Origin: a virus
Taxonomy: Duplodnaviria; Caudoviricetes
Direction: 5' to 3' (one strand)
IMG/VR virus record: IMGVR_UViG_2890524856_000001
Coordinates: 1-64,000 of that record
Length of the DNA: 64,000 bases
The translations under genes and the position numbers were made by a program. Below the pieces are notes generated by a model. That model ran no database searches. It worked only from the letters and a program-made list of their open reading frames with translations, and was not told where the DNA came from. The first letter of the stretch is position 1. Each line of letters opens with the position of its first letter. Positions 9,518 to 19,347 of this stretch are shown here, piece by piece.

Positions 9518-9804
9518 TATTTCAGCCCCACTTTAATTGCACTCCAAACCGCGCTACCCACGAAAACAAGAATGCCTATTACGATAGAACCAGCGACCGT
9601 TGTTACAACTTTCTCGATAATTGCCAGCCGCCACTTTTTACGCTGCTCGTCATCATTTCGAAGCTTTGCAATAAACTCATGGTCTTCATCATGCTTTTCT
9701 TTCGGTATTGCGCCCTCAGCCATCTTCGCGTGCATGGCATCAACAATTACCTTCGCAAGACGGCTTTCGCGCTCTGCTTCTGTATCTATTTTCTTTTCAC
9801 CCAT
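9517..9804 (-). CDS. Small membrane protein (holin/antiholin-like)
   Basis: Charged N-terminus and one C-terminal TM segment. Confidence 0.5.
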   Translation of the reverse strand: MGEKKIDTEAERESRLAKVIVDAMHAKMAEGAIPKEKHDEDHEFIAKLRNDDEQRKKWRLAIIEKVVTTVAGSIVIGILVFVGSAVWSAIKVGLK

Positions 9805-9821
9805 GCGGCACTTTCATAAAT

Positions 9822-10069
9822 TCATCTTCGAGACAATTGTTTGCCAAAACCAACTATCGCACGCACTACGTTATCCATTCGCTCTATAAGGGCAACCTGC
9901 ATTTTTTGCTCGGCATCTTTATTTTTTCGCCAAGCATCAAACGCTTTTGATCCAAAAAAATCCCGAACCTCGGAGGTTGGACAGCGCAATGCATCTGGAT
10001 ACGATGTGCCAGAATATAAACTTAAATTTACAGCCAATCCGCTAAGGTTTTCCCGCAAGTCGTTTCGCA
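9822..10069 (-). CDS. Small tail-assembly-region protein; start uncertain (TTG, or frameshift from the upstream gene)
   Basis: Open frame overlaps the end of 10042-10812; no ATG near the junction. Confidence 0.5.
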
Positions 10070-10812
10070 ATGTCGCTGATGCAGGAACATACTGGAAATC
10101 GCACCGGAGACAATTTTGATGCTCCGGCCTCCTGACTCTTAGGTAAGACAACAATGCCAAAATCATCTACTTCCGTCTGAAATAGATGCTCAATTTTTTT
10201 ATTCCCAGCAAGAAATAACCCCAGCAACTCAACGAATTGAGACTCAGGATAATTCGATAGCACTGTCATTTTGTTTTTCAGCCATTGGACATAGTCCGAA
10301 AACGCATCTGCATGATCTGGCGGGGTTTCCGTCTTTAGCGTTAGCTGAGCTGCTATGCAGCCGGTGAGCCAGTGGTACCGGCCGGACATATTTGGTATTT
10401 CGCCATGTAGTTGCTCTATAGCTTCAGCGGCACCACCAAACAAAGGGGATATAGACCAAATGTCCTCGCCCACTTCACCAACTTCAATAGGGAATTCCGG
10501 AACATCTACGCCAATTAAGAAATCGGAGTAGCGCCCCCCGCCAAGCTGAAAATCGGGATCGCCGGCTTCATTTACGTGCGCAATATAATGCGCAACGATC
10601 AACGATCGCTCTTGAACGGTCATCTTCAATGGGTTTTTTACATGGAAATTACCCTGGGGCTCTGCAGAATCAATTACCTTCGCAATGAACTCAGTCATAG
10701 CTGACTCATTCATGTGCTCAGGAATTGCAACCAGCCTGATCGCATCGCCAATCGACAACTCTTTCAGGCGAATAGATAGGCGCTTTGTACGTAGAGGAGA
10801 AAAGTTAATCAC
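10042..10812 (-). CDS. Putative tail assembly chaperone / morphogenetic protein
   Basis: 256-aa acidic protein downstream of the sheath operon; positional inference. Confidence 0.5.
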   Translation of the reverse strand: MINFSPLRTKRLSIRLKELSIGDAIRLVAIPEHMNESAMTEFIAKVIDSAEPQGNFHVKNPLKMTVQERSLIVAHYIAHVNEAGDPDFQLGGGRYSDFLIGVDVPEFPIEVGEVGEDIWSISPLFGGAAEAIEQLHGEIPNMSGRYHWLTGCIAAQLTLKTETPPDHADAFSDYVQWLKNKMTVLSNYPESQFVELLGLFLAGNKKIEHLFQTEVDDFGIVVLPKSQEAGASKLSPVRFPVCSCISDIAKRLAGKP

Positions 10813-10814
10813 GC

Positions 10815-11585
10815 TTACACTCCATTCATGGCTCGCGCCATATCATCTTTATCAAGCGCAGTTAGGCTACAAAGCGTAACTGGGACTACAATTTCCGTGT
10901 AATAGCCATCGGAAGCTATAGGTGAATTTAAAGGCTCACGAATATTCTCAATGACTAGCGGCGCGTAATATCGGCGCTTGTACTGAAGGCCAACCATAGT
11001 GGGAGCCTTTGATGGAAGGAGTGCCATTTGTGTGTTTGATGCAGAATTTTTTGCGCGAGCGGCCAAACTATCTCGACTCAACTTCTCCGGCAAAGCCCAA
11101 TCCCATAGCTGCTTGAGGGGCGTTTCAACCTCATTGATTGGGTCTCGATATGCGCGAAATAATAGTGAGGCGGTGATTCTGATTGGAGGCATGCCAGTAA
11201 AAATCTGAGTCGAATTCAATTTTGTAATGCCCGTCCTACCCTTAAACTCGTTGATGTTCCGCTCAATTGCCCCCATTTCACCACCAGATCCACCCTTGTC
11301 GATTACGCCTATATCTTTCAAAAATGGAATAATTGCGCCCGACTGGAGCATAGCTACCAGCGCCGGGGCTTTTTGATCTGCGCTTGAGTTTTCAAAAGGG
11401 CTTTGCCAATTTAGCGTTGCCTCCAATTCCGATTCGATCAATGGAGCGTGAACCTCTGGAGAAAGCGTATCCTCTCTAATCCCATCACTATTTACCTGGA
11501 ATATTTTTGCTATCAAATATTCACTCATTCCCATCCATTCAGATGAGAATGCGTTATCTGGTTTTGTTTCTCGAATATTTGGCAT
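10815..11585 (-). CDS. Tail/baseplate protein (tube-initiator-like)
   Basis: LNWQSPFE and YAPLVIENIREPL motifs; a late promoter overlaps the ORF-track GTG, so ATG 11585 or later is the likelier start. Confidence 0.55.
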   Translation of the reverse strand: MPNIRETKPDNAFSSEWMGMSEYLIAKIFQVNSDGIREDTLSPEVHAPLIESELEATLNWQSPFENSSADQKAPALVAMLQSGAIIPFLKDIGVIDKGGSGGEMGAIERNINEFKGRTGITKLNSTQIFTGMPPIRITASLLFRAYRDPINEVETPLKQLWDWALPEKLSRDSLAARAKNSASNTQMALLPSKAPTMVGLQYKRRYYAPLVIENIREPLNSPIASDGYYTEIVVPVTLCSLTALDKDDMARAMNGV

Positions 11586-11618
11586 GTCGGTAGAGATCGG
11601 TTTTGGATTCTTGGCATT

Positions 11619-11659
11619 AGTTTGCGGTACCGACACCCCCGAATAAATGTGCGTTTTCC
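11619..11659 (-). promoter_or_regulatory. Putative late promoter 1 (GGAAAA-N29-CAAACT)
   Basis: Exact spacing shared with six other late-operon heads. Confidence 0.7.
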
Positions 11660-11662
11660 AAG

Positions 11663-11697
11663 AAAAAAGCCACCTTGTTTTTTAGGTGGCTTTTAAA
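11663..11697. terminator. Intrinsic terminator
   Basis: AAAAAAGCCACCT-loop-AGGTGGCTTTTT. Confidence 0.8.
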
Positions 11698-11708
11698 AAT
11701 GAGCAAAA

Positions 11709-12566
11709 TTACATACCCATTCGATTACCAATGGTTCTCGATTTCATGCGACGCATGATTGCTCTTGCTGAATGCGACTTCAACTGTGCCTTGCGGATGC
11801 CGATTTTCTGTTTTGCAGATAATCGAACTTTGCCGCTCACCCGCTTATTAATGCGGACTTTCTTACCATGGCGAATAACCAGGGTTTTTTTGTACACAGC
11901 ATCGAGTGCGGCATTTTCGGTTGATGCGTCATCTTCGGTGCCTGGTTCTTTTGTGCCGGCACTGTCAAATACCGCACCTTGCTCGTCATCACCAAAAGCG
12001 AATTCGTCAATATCGTCACTTGCGAGGTCATCGCCGTCAGGCAATGCTGCAGCCACAACGTCAGAAATACGAATTGCGGCATCAGCATCCCAATCATTGA
12101 GAAGCAAAGAGCAATCATCATCAGTAACGCCCTTACCGAGCAAATAGTCCCATGCTGTTTCAAGCGCCATATCCAAAACAGCACTTTCATCATCATCCAA
12201 TTCGCCATCCTGATTCGCATCAGCAATACCTACCAACATCATCAACAACCGGTCAGGAAGTGACTCATCATCTTCAAGATCGTCCGTTTCAACCCATTGC
12301 TGGATCGTTGCTGCTACCAACAGCCTGATGTTTGTGTCTGCATAGATGGACGCCGTCTCAGGGGAATCTGCATTCGTGCCAGGAACTGCCTTCTTTTCGC
12401 TGCCATCGACTGAATCTAGTGCAGCCTTTACAGCATTCGTTACTTGCTTTTGAGCCGGCAAATTCGGCTTACCGGATCCGAGCATCCCACGGATCATACT
12501 TGCAGATGGATGTTCCATTTCTTTCCTTTCTACGTTGAATCCTCCCTGGATAACCAGGGAGGGCAT
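11709..12566 (-). CDS. Structural/morphogenetic protein downstream of the sheath
   Basis: Acidic core and very basic C-terminal tail; in the sheath operon. Confidence 0.6.
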   Translation of the reverse strand: MPSLVIQGGFNVERKEMEHPSASMIRGMLGSGKPNLPAQKQVTNAVKAALDSVDGSEKKAVPGTNADSPETASIYADTNIRLLVAATIQQWVETDDLEDDESLPDRLLMMLVGIADANQDGELDDDESAVLDMALETAWDYLLGKGVTDDDCSLLLNDWDADAAIRISDVVAAALPDGDDLASDDIDEFAFGDDEQGAVFDSAGTKEPGTEDDASTENAALDAVYKKTLVIRHGKKVRINKRVSGKVRLSAKQKIGIRKAQLKSHSARAIMRRMKSRTIGNRMGM

Positions 12567-12569
12567 CGA

Positions 12570-14180
12570 TTATCGCGACAGTGTTTGAGAGATGGTGATT
12601 TGACGGGTCGTGCCGTCATACCGTAACGAGTACGAAATATCCATGAGATCAGCGGGCTTTTGCTGATTTGGCGCAACTGCAAATTGAAATGCTGCCCCAC
12701 CAAGATCCTCAGACTCTTTTATCCAGCCGGATGACTGTGCGCCTTCAAATAAGGCCTTTAAGAAATCCTGCGTCTTCTTGACTGAAATCGACATGGGCAA
12801 CTGCAAAATTTCCTTACCAAACATGCTCACCCAGTTATCAATAGAGCTGGACATTTCGGCGACAGAAATCAGCTTTTTAAAGCTGGTGCTTACTTGTGCG
12901 CATGTCAAGCTATCCACGAACACATATTTACCGCCACCGTTGTATGTCTGGAATTTAACTTGGTTTATCTTTGCCTGCGCCAGGTCACTGTCTTCCGGCT
13001 CAGATGGTATGTAAACCGGGACAATGCCTGTACGATTCAGTGGATATGCCTTACCAGCAATTGGGAAGTTTTTCGGCGCAAAACCTTTGGCGTTTTTTTG
13101 CGCATTTCGAGCGCAGCGCAACGCTACGTTATAAGTTGCCGTACCAATCAAGACTTTCCCATTGATGCCTAAAGGGTCATCCGATTTCAACGGCGACCAG
13201 TAAGCATGAACATAGTGAGAATCGATATTCAACTGAGCTAACTGCGCAATTGCTGCTGATGGGCTCAAAGAACCATCAAGATCAATAGCAAGCTGTGTAT
13301 TGGTATCTTTAGCCAATAACGCCAACTTAGAAAGCAGTGCTGCCGCCTGATTTCCGCCGGAGACCAAATAGCCGTACTGCAAATCGGTATTCTTCAGTGC
13401 ATTTACTGCGCGCTGATAGTCAGCATTCGAATATCCGGTGCCACCTTCGTTGAAATAGATTTGCACCGGTGTCGTTGCAATTTTGCTGTTTCCGTTTGCG
13501 TCCCGCCCATACGCATTACTTGCGACAGGAATCGCAGTAACACTGCCAACGGATACAACAACATCAGACGTACTGCGCTCAACAACATCAGTTAGGAGTT
13601 GGCTTCTGCCAAAGTCATCCTGCGAAGGTGTCAGCGATCCGGTAAATTCATACAGCAAAGATCCCGACGCATCACGTAACTTTAATGTGACGATGCTATT
13701 TGGAACCGGTGCGCCGGCAGACAAAAACTGGTCAGCATGAAGATCGACAATCAAGCCATCATTGAAGCACTCTAAATGCTGGATAGCCAGCAAATACGGC
13801 GTCGCTGGGATTGTAGGCGAAACAGAAGCCGCCAGATTGCTTGAATTATCAAGCGTCAGAACGATGTAGCTGAGCGCTGCAGCAGCGGGTACCAAGCGTG
13901 ATACGATAACTTTATACGCGCCATTGTCCAGGGCTTCAGAAACATGGATATGCGCCTCATTGAGTACGCTGTTGCGCAATGGTTCGCCGCGGCCGAGTTT
14001 GCTTGTAAATTTACTGCGAGAAACTTCAAATGCTTTATCGATGCGGCCACGAGTTGCGCGCATGACTAATGCAAAAACCTGATCCGAATTGCCGGAGTCA
14101 GGTGAGTCTGAATTATCTTTCAGCGGATTCAATTGAACCCCAGATTGATAACCGAGCTGTCGAACAAATGGAGTAACCAT
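12570..14180 (-). CDS. Tail sheath protein (P1 gp22-like)
   Basis: 536 aa; MVTPFVRQLG..SGVQLN start, sheath-type C-terminus; follows the capsid gene as in P1. Confidence 0.8.
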   Translation of the reverse strand: MVTPFVRQLGYQSGVQLNPLKDNSDSPDSGNSDQVFALVMRATRGRIDKAFEVSRSKFTSKLGRGEPLRNSVLNEAHIHVSEALDNGAYKVIVSRLVPAAAALSYIVLTLDNSSNLAASVSPTIPATPYLLAIQHLECFNDGLIVDLHADQFLSAGAPVPNSIVTLKLRDASGSLLYEFTGSLTPSQDDFGRSQLLTDVVERSTSDVVVSVGSVTAIPVASNAYGRDANGNSKIATTPVQIYFNEGGTGYSNADYQRAVNALKNTDLQYGYLVSGGNQAAALLSKLALLAKDTNTQLAIDLDGSLSPSAAIAQLAQLNIDSHYVHAYWSPLKSDDPLGINGKVLIGTATYNVALRCARNAQKNAKGFAPKNFPIAGKAYPLNRTGIVPVYIPSEPEDSDLAQAKINQVKFQTYNGGGKYVFVDSLTCAQVSTSFKKLISVAEMSSSIDNWVSMFGKEILQLPMSISVKKTQDFLKALFEGAQSSGWIKESEDLGGAAFQFAVAPNQQKPADLMDISYSLRYDGTTRQITISQTLSR

Positions 14181-14208
14181 TATTTACTCTCCTTTGAGTA
14201 AGTTTGAT

Positions 14209-14802
14209 TTATTTCTTTTTTGAAGATGCTTTGGTAGATTTATTTTCTGAACCTACAGAACCCTCAGGGCTACCTTCTTCCGCGCCTTCCGATTGCGCTT
14301 CAGAAATACCCTCTCCGGACGCGCCCTCCGATTTCGCTTCAGAGATACCCTCTCCGGACGCGTCATTGCCGGACGTACCTTCACCAGCCGCGCCGTCTGG
14401 ATCTGAGATTGCTTGACCATTAGCAACTTCATTGATTTGCGTATCGCCAACCTTCAAATCCAGACCCGACTCACTTTCAGGAATCGAATAGCGCGCAAAT
14501 TCTTCTTTCAGATAGATTTCCAGCGCCGATTCATACTGATTCAACGCAAGCAGCTGCTCGAAATCTGATAAAACTCGCTTCAATTGGTCTTCGGTTTGAA
14601 TCGTCAAATTAGTGGCGTTCAACTCACCGAGGTTTGAAGTAATTTCAGCGCCTGCCTGTGGAATTTGAAAGTTCAGCGGAGTGTTATTCACCACGACAAT
14701 TTCCAATGGGAAGCCTTGATCCGAGAAATCGGCGACTGCCTTCTGAACAGCAAGGGATAGCAAACTCGCATTCAGGCCGCACAAAATAATGGTTTTTTTC
14801 AT
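14209..14802 (-). CDS. Hypothetical protein with low-complexity acidic C-terminal repeats
   Basis: Between capsid and sheath genes; SGEGISEA(K/Q)SEGA repeat. Confidence 0.55.
   Translation of the reverse strand: MKKTIILCGLNASLLSLAVQKAVADFSDQGFPLEIVVVNNTPLNFQIPQAGAEITSNLGELNATNLTIQTEDQLKRVLSDFEQLLALNQYESALEIYLKEEFARYSIPESESGLDLKVGDTQINEVANGQAISDPDGAAGEGTSGNDASGEGISEAKSEGASGEGISEAQSEGAEEGSPEGSVGSENKSTKASSKKK
14281..14358. repeat. Two tandem 39-bp in-frame repeats
   Basis: 14281-14319 and 14320-14358 differ at 3 positions. Confidence 0.85.
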
Positions 14803-14873
14803 ATCATTGCTTTCTTTTATGATGCAGCCATACCAAAGCATGGCTGCGTTCTTAGTCGACTTGAAGCTTGCTA

Positions 14874-16535
14874 TTACTTCAGATTGATGATGTTAATCAG
14901 CGCACAACCGGCTGCGGATGGCTGGTGCGGATTCACTGCCGTAAAGTTACGGGCATAGAAACCAGCGCCAGAAACTTGATCACGGGTTGCGGTCAAAGGA
15001 ATGATAGTCGGAGGAACAGCATCACCCAGGACGAATGGATTGCGCGCAACCTGTGTAGAGCGACCAATACATACAACCTGAGACGACGCACCACCATTCG
15101 CTTCAACTGCCTGAGGGTTGTAATAAACTTCGTACATACCGAAGAGTCGGCCAAGGCGGTAAATGCTTGGTCGCGCTGTGATTCCGGATGGTTCAAAAAT
15201 CGTTGCATCAGCAGTTTGCAAGTTAGCAGCCATGGATTTGCCAACATACAAATGGGTAATGCCATGATCCATAGTGTCTTCAGCCATTTGCTGAGATGAC
15301 GCATTCAGAATCGCTGCGAAGTCTTGCCAGATTTGTGCGCGAGTTTTTTGCAGGCCGAAGTTCGACCAGTTGAAATCAAAGGTGATGTTATTGGTCGAAC
15401 CGAGGCGAGCCGCTTTTTGCAGAACATTGAAATGACGCTCATTTGCAAATTGATTGCGAATTGCCAACATCGATTCTGCAGCTGGATCCAGACCTAACTC
15501 GTTTGAGAACTGGGTACGAGTGTCGATGGTTTGCTCAGTATTAACTTTCCACGGATTTGCGTACAAATCAAACGAGGTGGCATTGGTACTGATGAACGGA
15601 ATAGTGCCAGGCGAACGCTCAAAGTCAATAAAGCCCTCAGCTACTACCTTCGTATTTGCCGGCAATGGTGTATCGGTAGTGATTGCGACCACGCCAGTAT
15701 CCAGATTCACTGTGCCGGAAATCAAATATGGAACGCCGCCAATCGTGACGCCACCAACGATGGCCGATGCAGAGGCAGAGCCAGATCCATTTGCTTCGCG
15801 AGCTGCGAAGAATCCGTTGATGTAGATTTGCGTACGTCCGCGCATCAATTTAACCGGGCTACCGTTCTGGTCGCACAATTCAGAAGAAATCTGGTTTGCG
15901 GTAATTTTGTCGCCAAACGCATCAGCTGTTCGAGTAAGCGAGTGGCAGCGAGCAGAATTGATGTATGCGCGGCCACTGTTGATGCCGTCCATAATGTCAT
16001 TTTGCTTGTATCCGCCAAATTGATTGCCGGCCGTATGGGAGACAATGATCAACTTCGCTTGATTCGATCCAATGTCTGCAGCCATATAGTTTGCAACCGG
16101 GATGGCTTCAGAAATGGCAGCTGTAATCGCAATTACTGCGCGGTTTGGTTGCAAAGACAGTGGGTCAGAATGTGCATTGCTCGCAGAGTCCAGCGTGTAT
16201 TTTTTACGCGCTTCTTCTGTCGTAGCATATGCCTGGTGAATCGCAGATTCGATAACGTCTGCAGTCGGAGCCACGCCATGCTGGCGCTCGTACGATGCAA
16301 CACCATCAAGCAAACCCTTAACGATGCGGTCAGCATTTTCTTTCGGCATTTCATCCAGAATGACCTGTAATTTTGCAGGTACAACGGAGTTAGCTTGGCT
16401 TGCCGATGTATATTCCATAGCTGCAGCAGAATCAAAAGTACCACTGCTGCCAATGGAGTTTTCTTTCAGTCCTGAGACGTATTCAGCAACTTGGACTGTG
16501 TCCTTGCTATTGTATTGTGCGGATTGCTCACCCAT
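14874..16535 (-). CDS. Major capsid protein (P1 gp23-like)
   Basis: 553 aa; FDSA repeat-type N-terminal propeptide, HK97-type core (QTIDTRTQFSNELGLD, RLGRLFG). Confidence 0.8.
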   Translation of the reverse strand: MGEQSAQYNSKDTVQVAEYVSGLKENSIGSSGTFDSAAAMEYTSASQANSVVPAKLQVILDEMPKENADRIVKGLLDGVASYERQHGVAPTADVIESAIHQAYATTEEARKKYTLDSASNAHSDPLSLQPNRAVIAITAAISEAIPVANYMAADIGSNQAKLIIVSHTAGNQFGGYKQNDIMDGINSGRAYINSARCHSLTRTADAFGDKITANQISSELCDQNGSPVKLMRGRTQIYINGFFAAREANGSGSASASAIVGGVTIGGVPYLISGTVNLDTGVVAITTDTPLPANTKVVAEGFIDFERSPGTIPFISTNATSFDLYANPWKVNTEQTIDTRTQFSNELGLDPAAESMLAIRNQFANERHFNVLQKAARLGSTNNITFDFNWSNFGLQKTRAQIWQDFAAILNASSQQMAEDTMDHGITHLYVGKSMAANLQTADATIFEPSGITARPSIYRLGRLFGMYEVYYNPQAVEANGGASSQVVCIGRSTQVARNPFVLGDAVPPTIIPLTATRDQVSGAGFYARNFTAVNPHQPSAAGCALINIINLK

Positions 16536-16605
16536 ATTTGCCTCTCAAAAAGTTTAAAAATTTTTGCTTTTGCGCGAGACATCCCACGCAATACTTGCAA
16601 AATCA

Positions 16606-16646
16606 ATTTTCAAACTTGTCGAGAGTAGGAAACTTCGTATTTTTCC
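16606..16646 (-). promoter_or_regulatory. Putative late promoter 2 (GGAAAA-N29-GAAAAT)
   Basis: Upstream of the capsid gene; exact spacing. Confidence 0.7.
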
Positions 16647-16650
16647 AAAA

Positions 16651-16857
16651 TCAAGCCTGTTGGCGAGCCTTACGATACTCAAAGTCCTGACGACATTCGT
16701 CGCTGCAAAAAATGGTACTACTCTGCTCAAAGCAATTTATGCACTCGGTGACTTGAACCTTTGAAGGCACCCGTGCCTTTGCCTTTCGAATTTGACGCAG
16801 CCGATGGCTTACTTCAATCTCAGAAAAATCAACAACCATATCAACGATATCAGCCAT
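16651..16857 (-). CDS. TraR/DksA-like C4 zinc-finger protein
   Basis: N-terminal MADIVD acidic tip; CINC...C..EC zinc motif. Confidence 0.65.
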   Translation of the reverse strand: MADIVDMVVDFSEIEVSHRLRQIRKAKARVPSKVQVTECINCFEQSSTIFCSDECRQDFEYRKARQQA

Positions 16858-16859
16858 TA

Positions 16860-17351
16860 TTAACCCACATTCAATTTACTATCGATTGCAGCAATTTGTT
16901 CATTAACTTCTGCGATTGCATCATTCAGAGCGCCGAGGCGGGTCTGTAAAGACTCCTCGATTTTTACTACTGAAGTCTTTATCGCAGCAGGCAATGCCAC
17001 CTTTATGCTAGCTAACCTCTTCTGAAATGAAGTGCGCCCACTCTCCATTTTGGCTGCAAGTTCGGTTGCTGCCTCTTGATGGTCATCTTGGTTCTTGATT
17101 GGAATTATTTTCCCATTCAACTTCACCTGGAAAATGTCCCCAGACTGCTTGACCATCAGAGTAACCGTCTGACTATCCGAAAAAATCAGCTGCAGTTCCC
17201 GGTAAGTTATTCCTGATGTTCTTTTCAACCCAGGCAAGATATCTGCTTGTGCAACCTCTGCACCAGCCCTTAGAAATGCTTTTCTTATTGCTTTTGTCGA
17301 AGCATCTTTAGCACTTCCCATCTCTGAAAAATTCAGTAAAACTTTCCCCAT
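16860..17351 (-). CDS. hdf: Hdf-like protein (DarA N-terminal domain homologue)
   Basis: FSDSQTVTLMVKQSGDIFQVKLNGKIIP matches the DarA_N/Hdf pattern and parallels the DarA domain at ~38.5 kb. Confidence 0.7.
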   Translation of the reverse strand: MGKVLLNFSEMGSAKDASTKAIRKAFLRAGAEVAQADILPGLKRTSGITYRELQLIFSDSQTVTLMVKQSGDIFQVKLNGKIIPIKNQDDHQEAATELAAKMESGRTSFQKRLASIKVALPAAIKTSVVKIEESLQTRLGALNDAIAEVNEQIAAIDSKLNVG

Positions 17352-17360
17352 ATGATCCCT

Positions 17361-17987
17361 TTATGCTCTTGACTTACTTGTGCTGTAACCATCGTGCTCG
17401 TCGTGATGATGCGATTTCGTACCAATGCCATCGACCAACACGTCACCGCCGGTAACTTCGATACTTCCGTTAATCCGCGCTGATGCCCCGCCGCCCGCAG
17501 ATCCGGAGCCGGCCATGCCGCCCTTGTACGTCAGCAATCCGTCAACCTCCACGGCACCGGTAAATTTCGTCTTCGGACATTCAACTAAAATGTCATTGGC
17601 AAGCACAGTAATTTCATTGGCCTCTACTATTGCCTTGTCCGTAACCACATGAAATAGCTTCCCAACTTTGAAATACATTGTCCCGTCAGCATTTAGCTCA
17701 ATATTGGCATGATGATATTTCCGCCAATCAAGCATATTTCCAGTATTTTTAGCCCGGCTACCAACTATTACTGGGTACCTTGGATCTCCGAATTGGAATG
17801 CGAGCCAAACTAGATCACCCTTCAGTATCTCGAGCTCGGTATGCTGCGACTTATCGCCAATCGGATATAAGATTTCCGCCTGCGGCAATACTTCTGCGCC
17901 ATCGGTAATGCCATCGATCTGAATACGACACATGCGTGTAACTTGGTTATATGAATCAACCACAGCAGGTATTAAATTAGCCAGCAC
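17361..17987 (-). CDS. Baseplate central spike (gpV/gp45-like)
   Basis: OB-fold N-terminus, beta-helix region, C-terminal HHH metal-binding tip. Confidence 0.85.
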   Translation of the reverse strand: MLANLIPAVVDSYNQVTRMCRIQIDGITDGAEVLPQAEILYPIGDKSQHTELEILKGDLVWLAFQFGDPRYPVIVGSRAKNTGNMLDWRKYHHANIELNADGTMYFKVGKLFHVVTDKAIVEANEITVLANDILVECPKTKFTGAVEVDGLLTYKGGMAGSGSAGGGASARINGSIEVTGGDVLVDGIGTKSHHHDEHDGYSTSKSRA

Positions 17988-17989
17988 TG

Positions 17990-18883
17990 TTACCCCTCCA
18001 GAGTTCCAAGCCAAAATTTTGAATAAGTATCAACACCTTCGCCGTCAGTTCCACTGATGAATGCGTGCGCCGCCGTGATAACGACATAATCATTTTTCCC
18101 AACAGTGATGATGCTTCCCGCGTTAATCGATGGCGAGAAGTCTAATCGGGCGATCTTTCTTGTTACGATGGCCTTTGATAGGTTGCGCAATAGCCTTGAA
18201 TCAGTACGGGGTTGATACTGAGCCGCCCGTACTTTTGACTTATTGCCAAAAACAAATTTTCCCTGCTCATCTAAAGAGTAAAAGAAAGGGATTTCGTGCC
18301 GCTCTAAAAATCCACTCGCGATTTCTTGCGCGGCATCTTCAGATATAGTGATCGAGGACTTTTGCTTAAACAGATCCTCCAACCTAAGAAATCGCACACT
18401 CCCCTTATCCAAAAACACTGCGCCGCCCTCCTCCTGGAGAGATACTGCTATGTGATAACTTGGCACACCACCGATAAAGCAAGAGAATTTTTTGATAGAG
18501 AAGTCAGATTCGATCCGCACAGAAGCCCCGCACGCCCCGTAAACCTCACCAAGCGTTGCACCCTCTTTAATCACAGCTGAGCTTCTACGAAATGAAATTT
18601 TGTGACATGGGCGGTATAGCGCAGTAATGCTTAGCGGTGGATAAACATCCTTTCCCTGAGCTCCTGCTACATCATTCGACTTCTCAACCTTGATTATCTG
18701 AAATTCATAGTTATAGCTTCCCGCAATGAGAAAATTCCCCTCTACGGCCTGCTTATCAATTTCCTCAGATCCCCTAAGAGTCACCTCCAAAGAGGCCGGA
18801 ACCGGTGAAAGATCAGTCCGCAAAACCGCGGAAATAACCATGTCGCCAGGCAAAACGCTCCCATTTTGAAGGGTTATATTCAT
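17990..18883 (-). CDS. Baseplate hub-like protein
   Basis: Directly upstream of the spike; LRTDLSPVPASLEV pattern of P1-like hubs. Confidence 0.6.
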   Translation of the reverse strand: MNITLQNGSVLPGDMVISAVLRTDLSPVPASLEVTLRGSEEIDKQAVEGNFLIAGSYNYEFQIIKVEKSNDVAGAQGKDVYPPLSITALYRPCHKISFRRSSAVIKEGATLGEVYGACGASVRIESDFSIKKFSCFIGGVPSYHIAVSLQEEGGAVFLDKGSVRFLRLEDLFKQKSSITISEDAAQEIASGFLERHEIPFFYSLDEQGKFVFGNKSKVRAAQYQPRTDSRLLRNLSKAIVTRKIARLDFSPSINAGSIITVGKNDYVVITAAHAFISGTDGEGVDTYSKFWLGTLEG

Positions 18884-18886
18884 AAC

Positions 18887-19339
18887 TCAAATTGAGATAA
18901 TCGGCTGAAAAAAAGCAAGGCTTGGCATGATTTGCTCATACTGAACAATGTCATTCTGTATTTCTGATGTCGTTCTACCGTACACGTCAACACCAAGGTT
19001 TCGAGAAGCCTCAAGGTAAATTGCATTCTCGCGCTCAACGTAAAGCATGAAGAGTGGCTTGATAATCCCCCACTCGTGCTGACTTAGTTTTGTCGACGAA
19101 TCAACCCAATCTGTCGGAGGAACAGGCAATGAATTGAAGCATGGGGAGGATGCATCGCTTAGATCGGTTCCAAGTAGAGCGTCAGCAGGCAACTTACTTT
19201 CGATAGCACCAAAAGTTGCATAAAAGCGAGCTGCATTTACTGCCTGCTGAATCACTACCGGGGCATCCAAAACAATACCAAGCGGTCGCTCTTTGGTAAG
19301 AAGCGACTCCGCGAGTAGATTAATGCTTATGGATTCCAT
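18887..19339 (-). CDS. Tail/baseplate-associated protein
   Basis: Late-operon position; LFMLYVERENA motif. Confidence 0.5.
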   Translation of the reverse strand: MESISINLLAESLLTKERPLGIVLDAPVVIQQAVNAARFYATFGAIESKLPADALLGTDLSDASSPCFNSLPVPPTDWVDSSTKLSQHEWGIIKPLFMLYVERENAIYLEASRNLGVDVYGRTTSEIQNDIVQYEQIMPSLAFFQPIISI

Positions 19340-19347
19340 TGGGCGAA

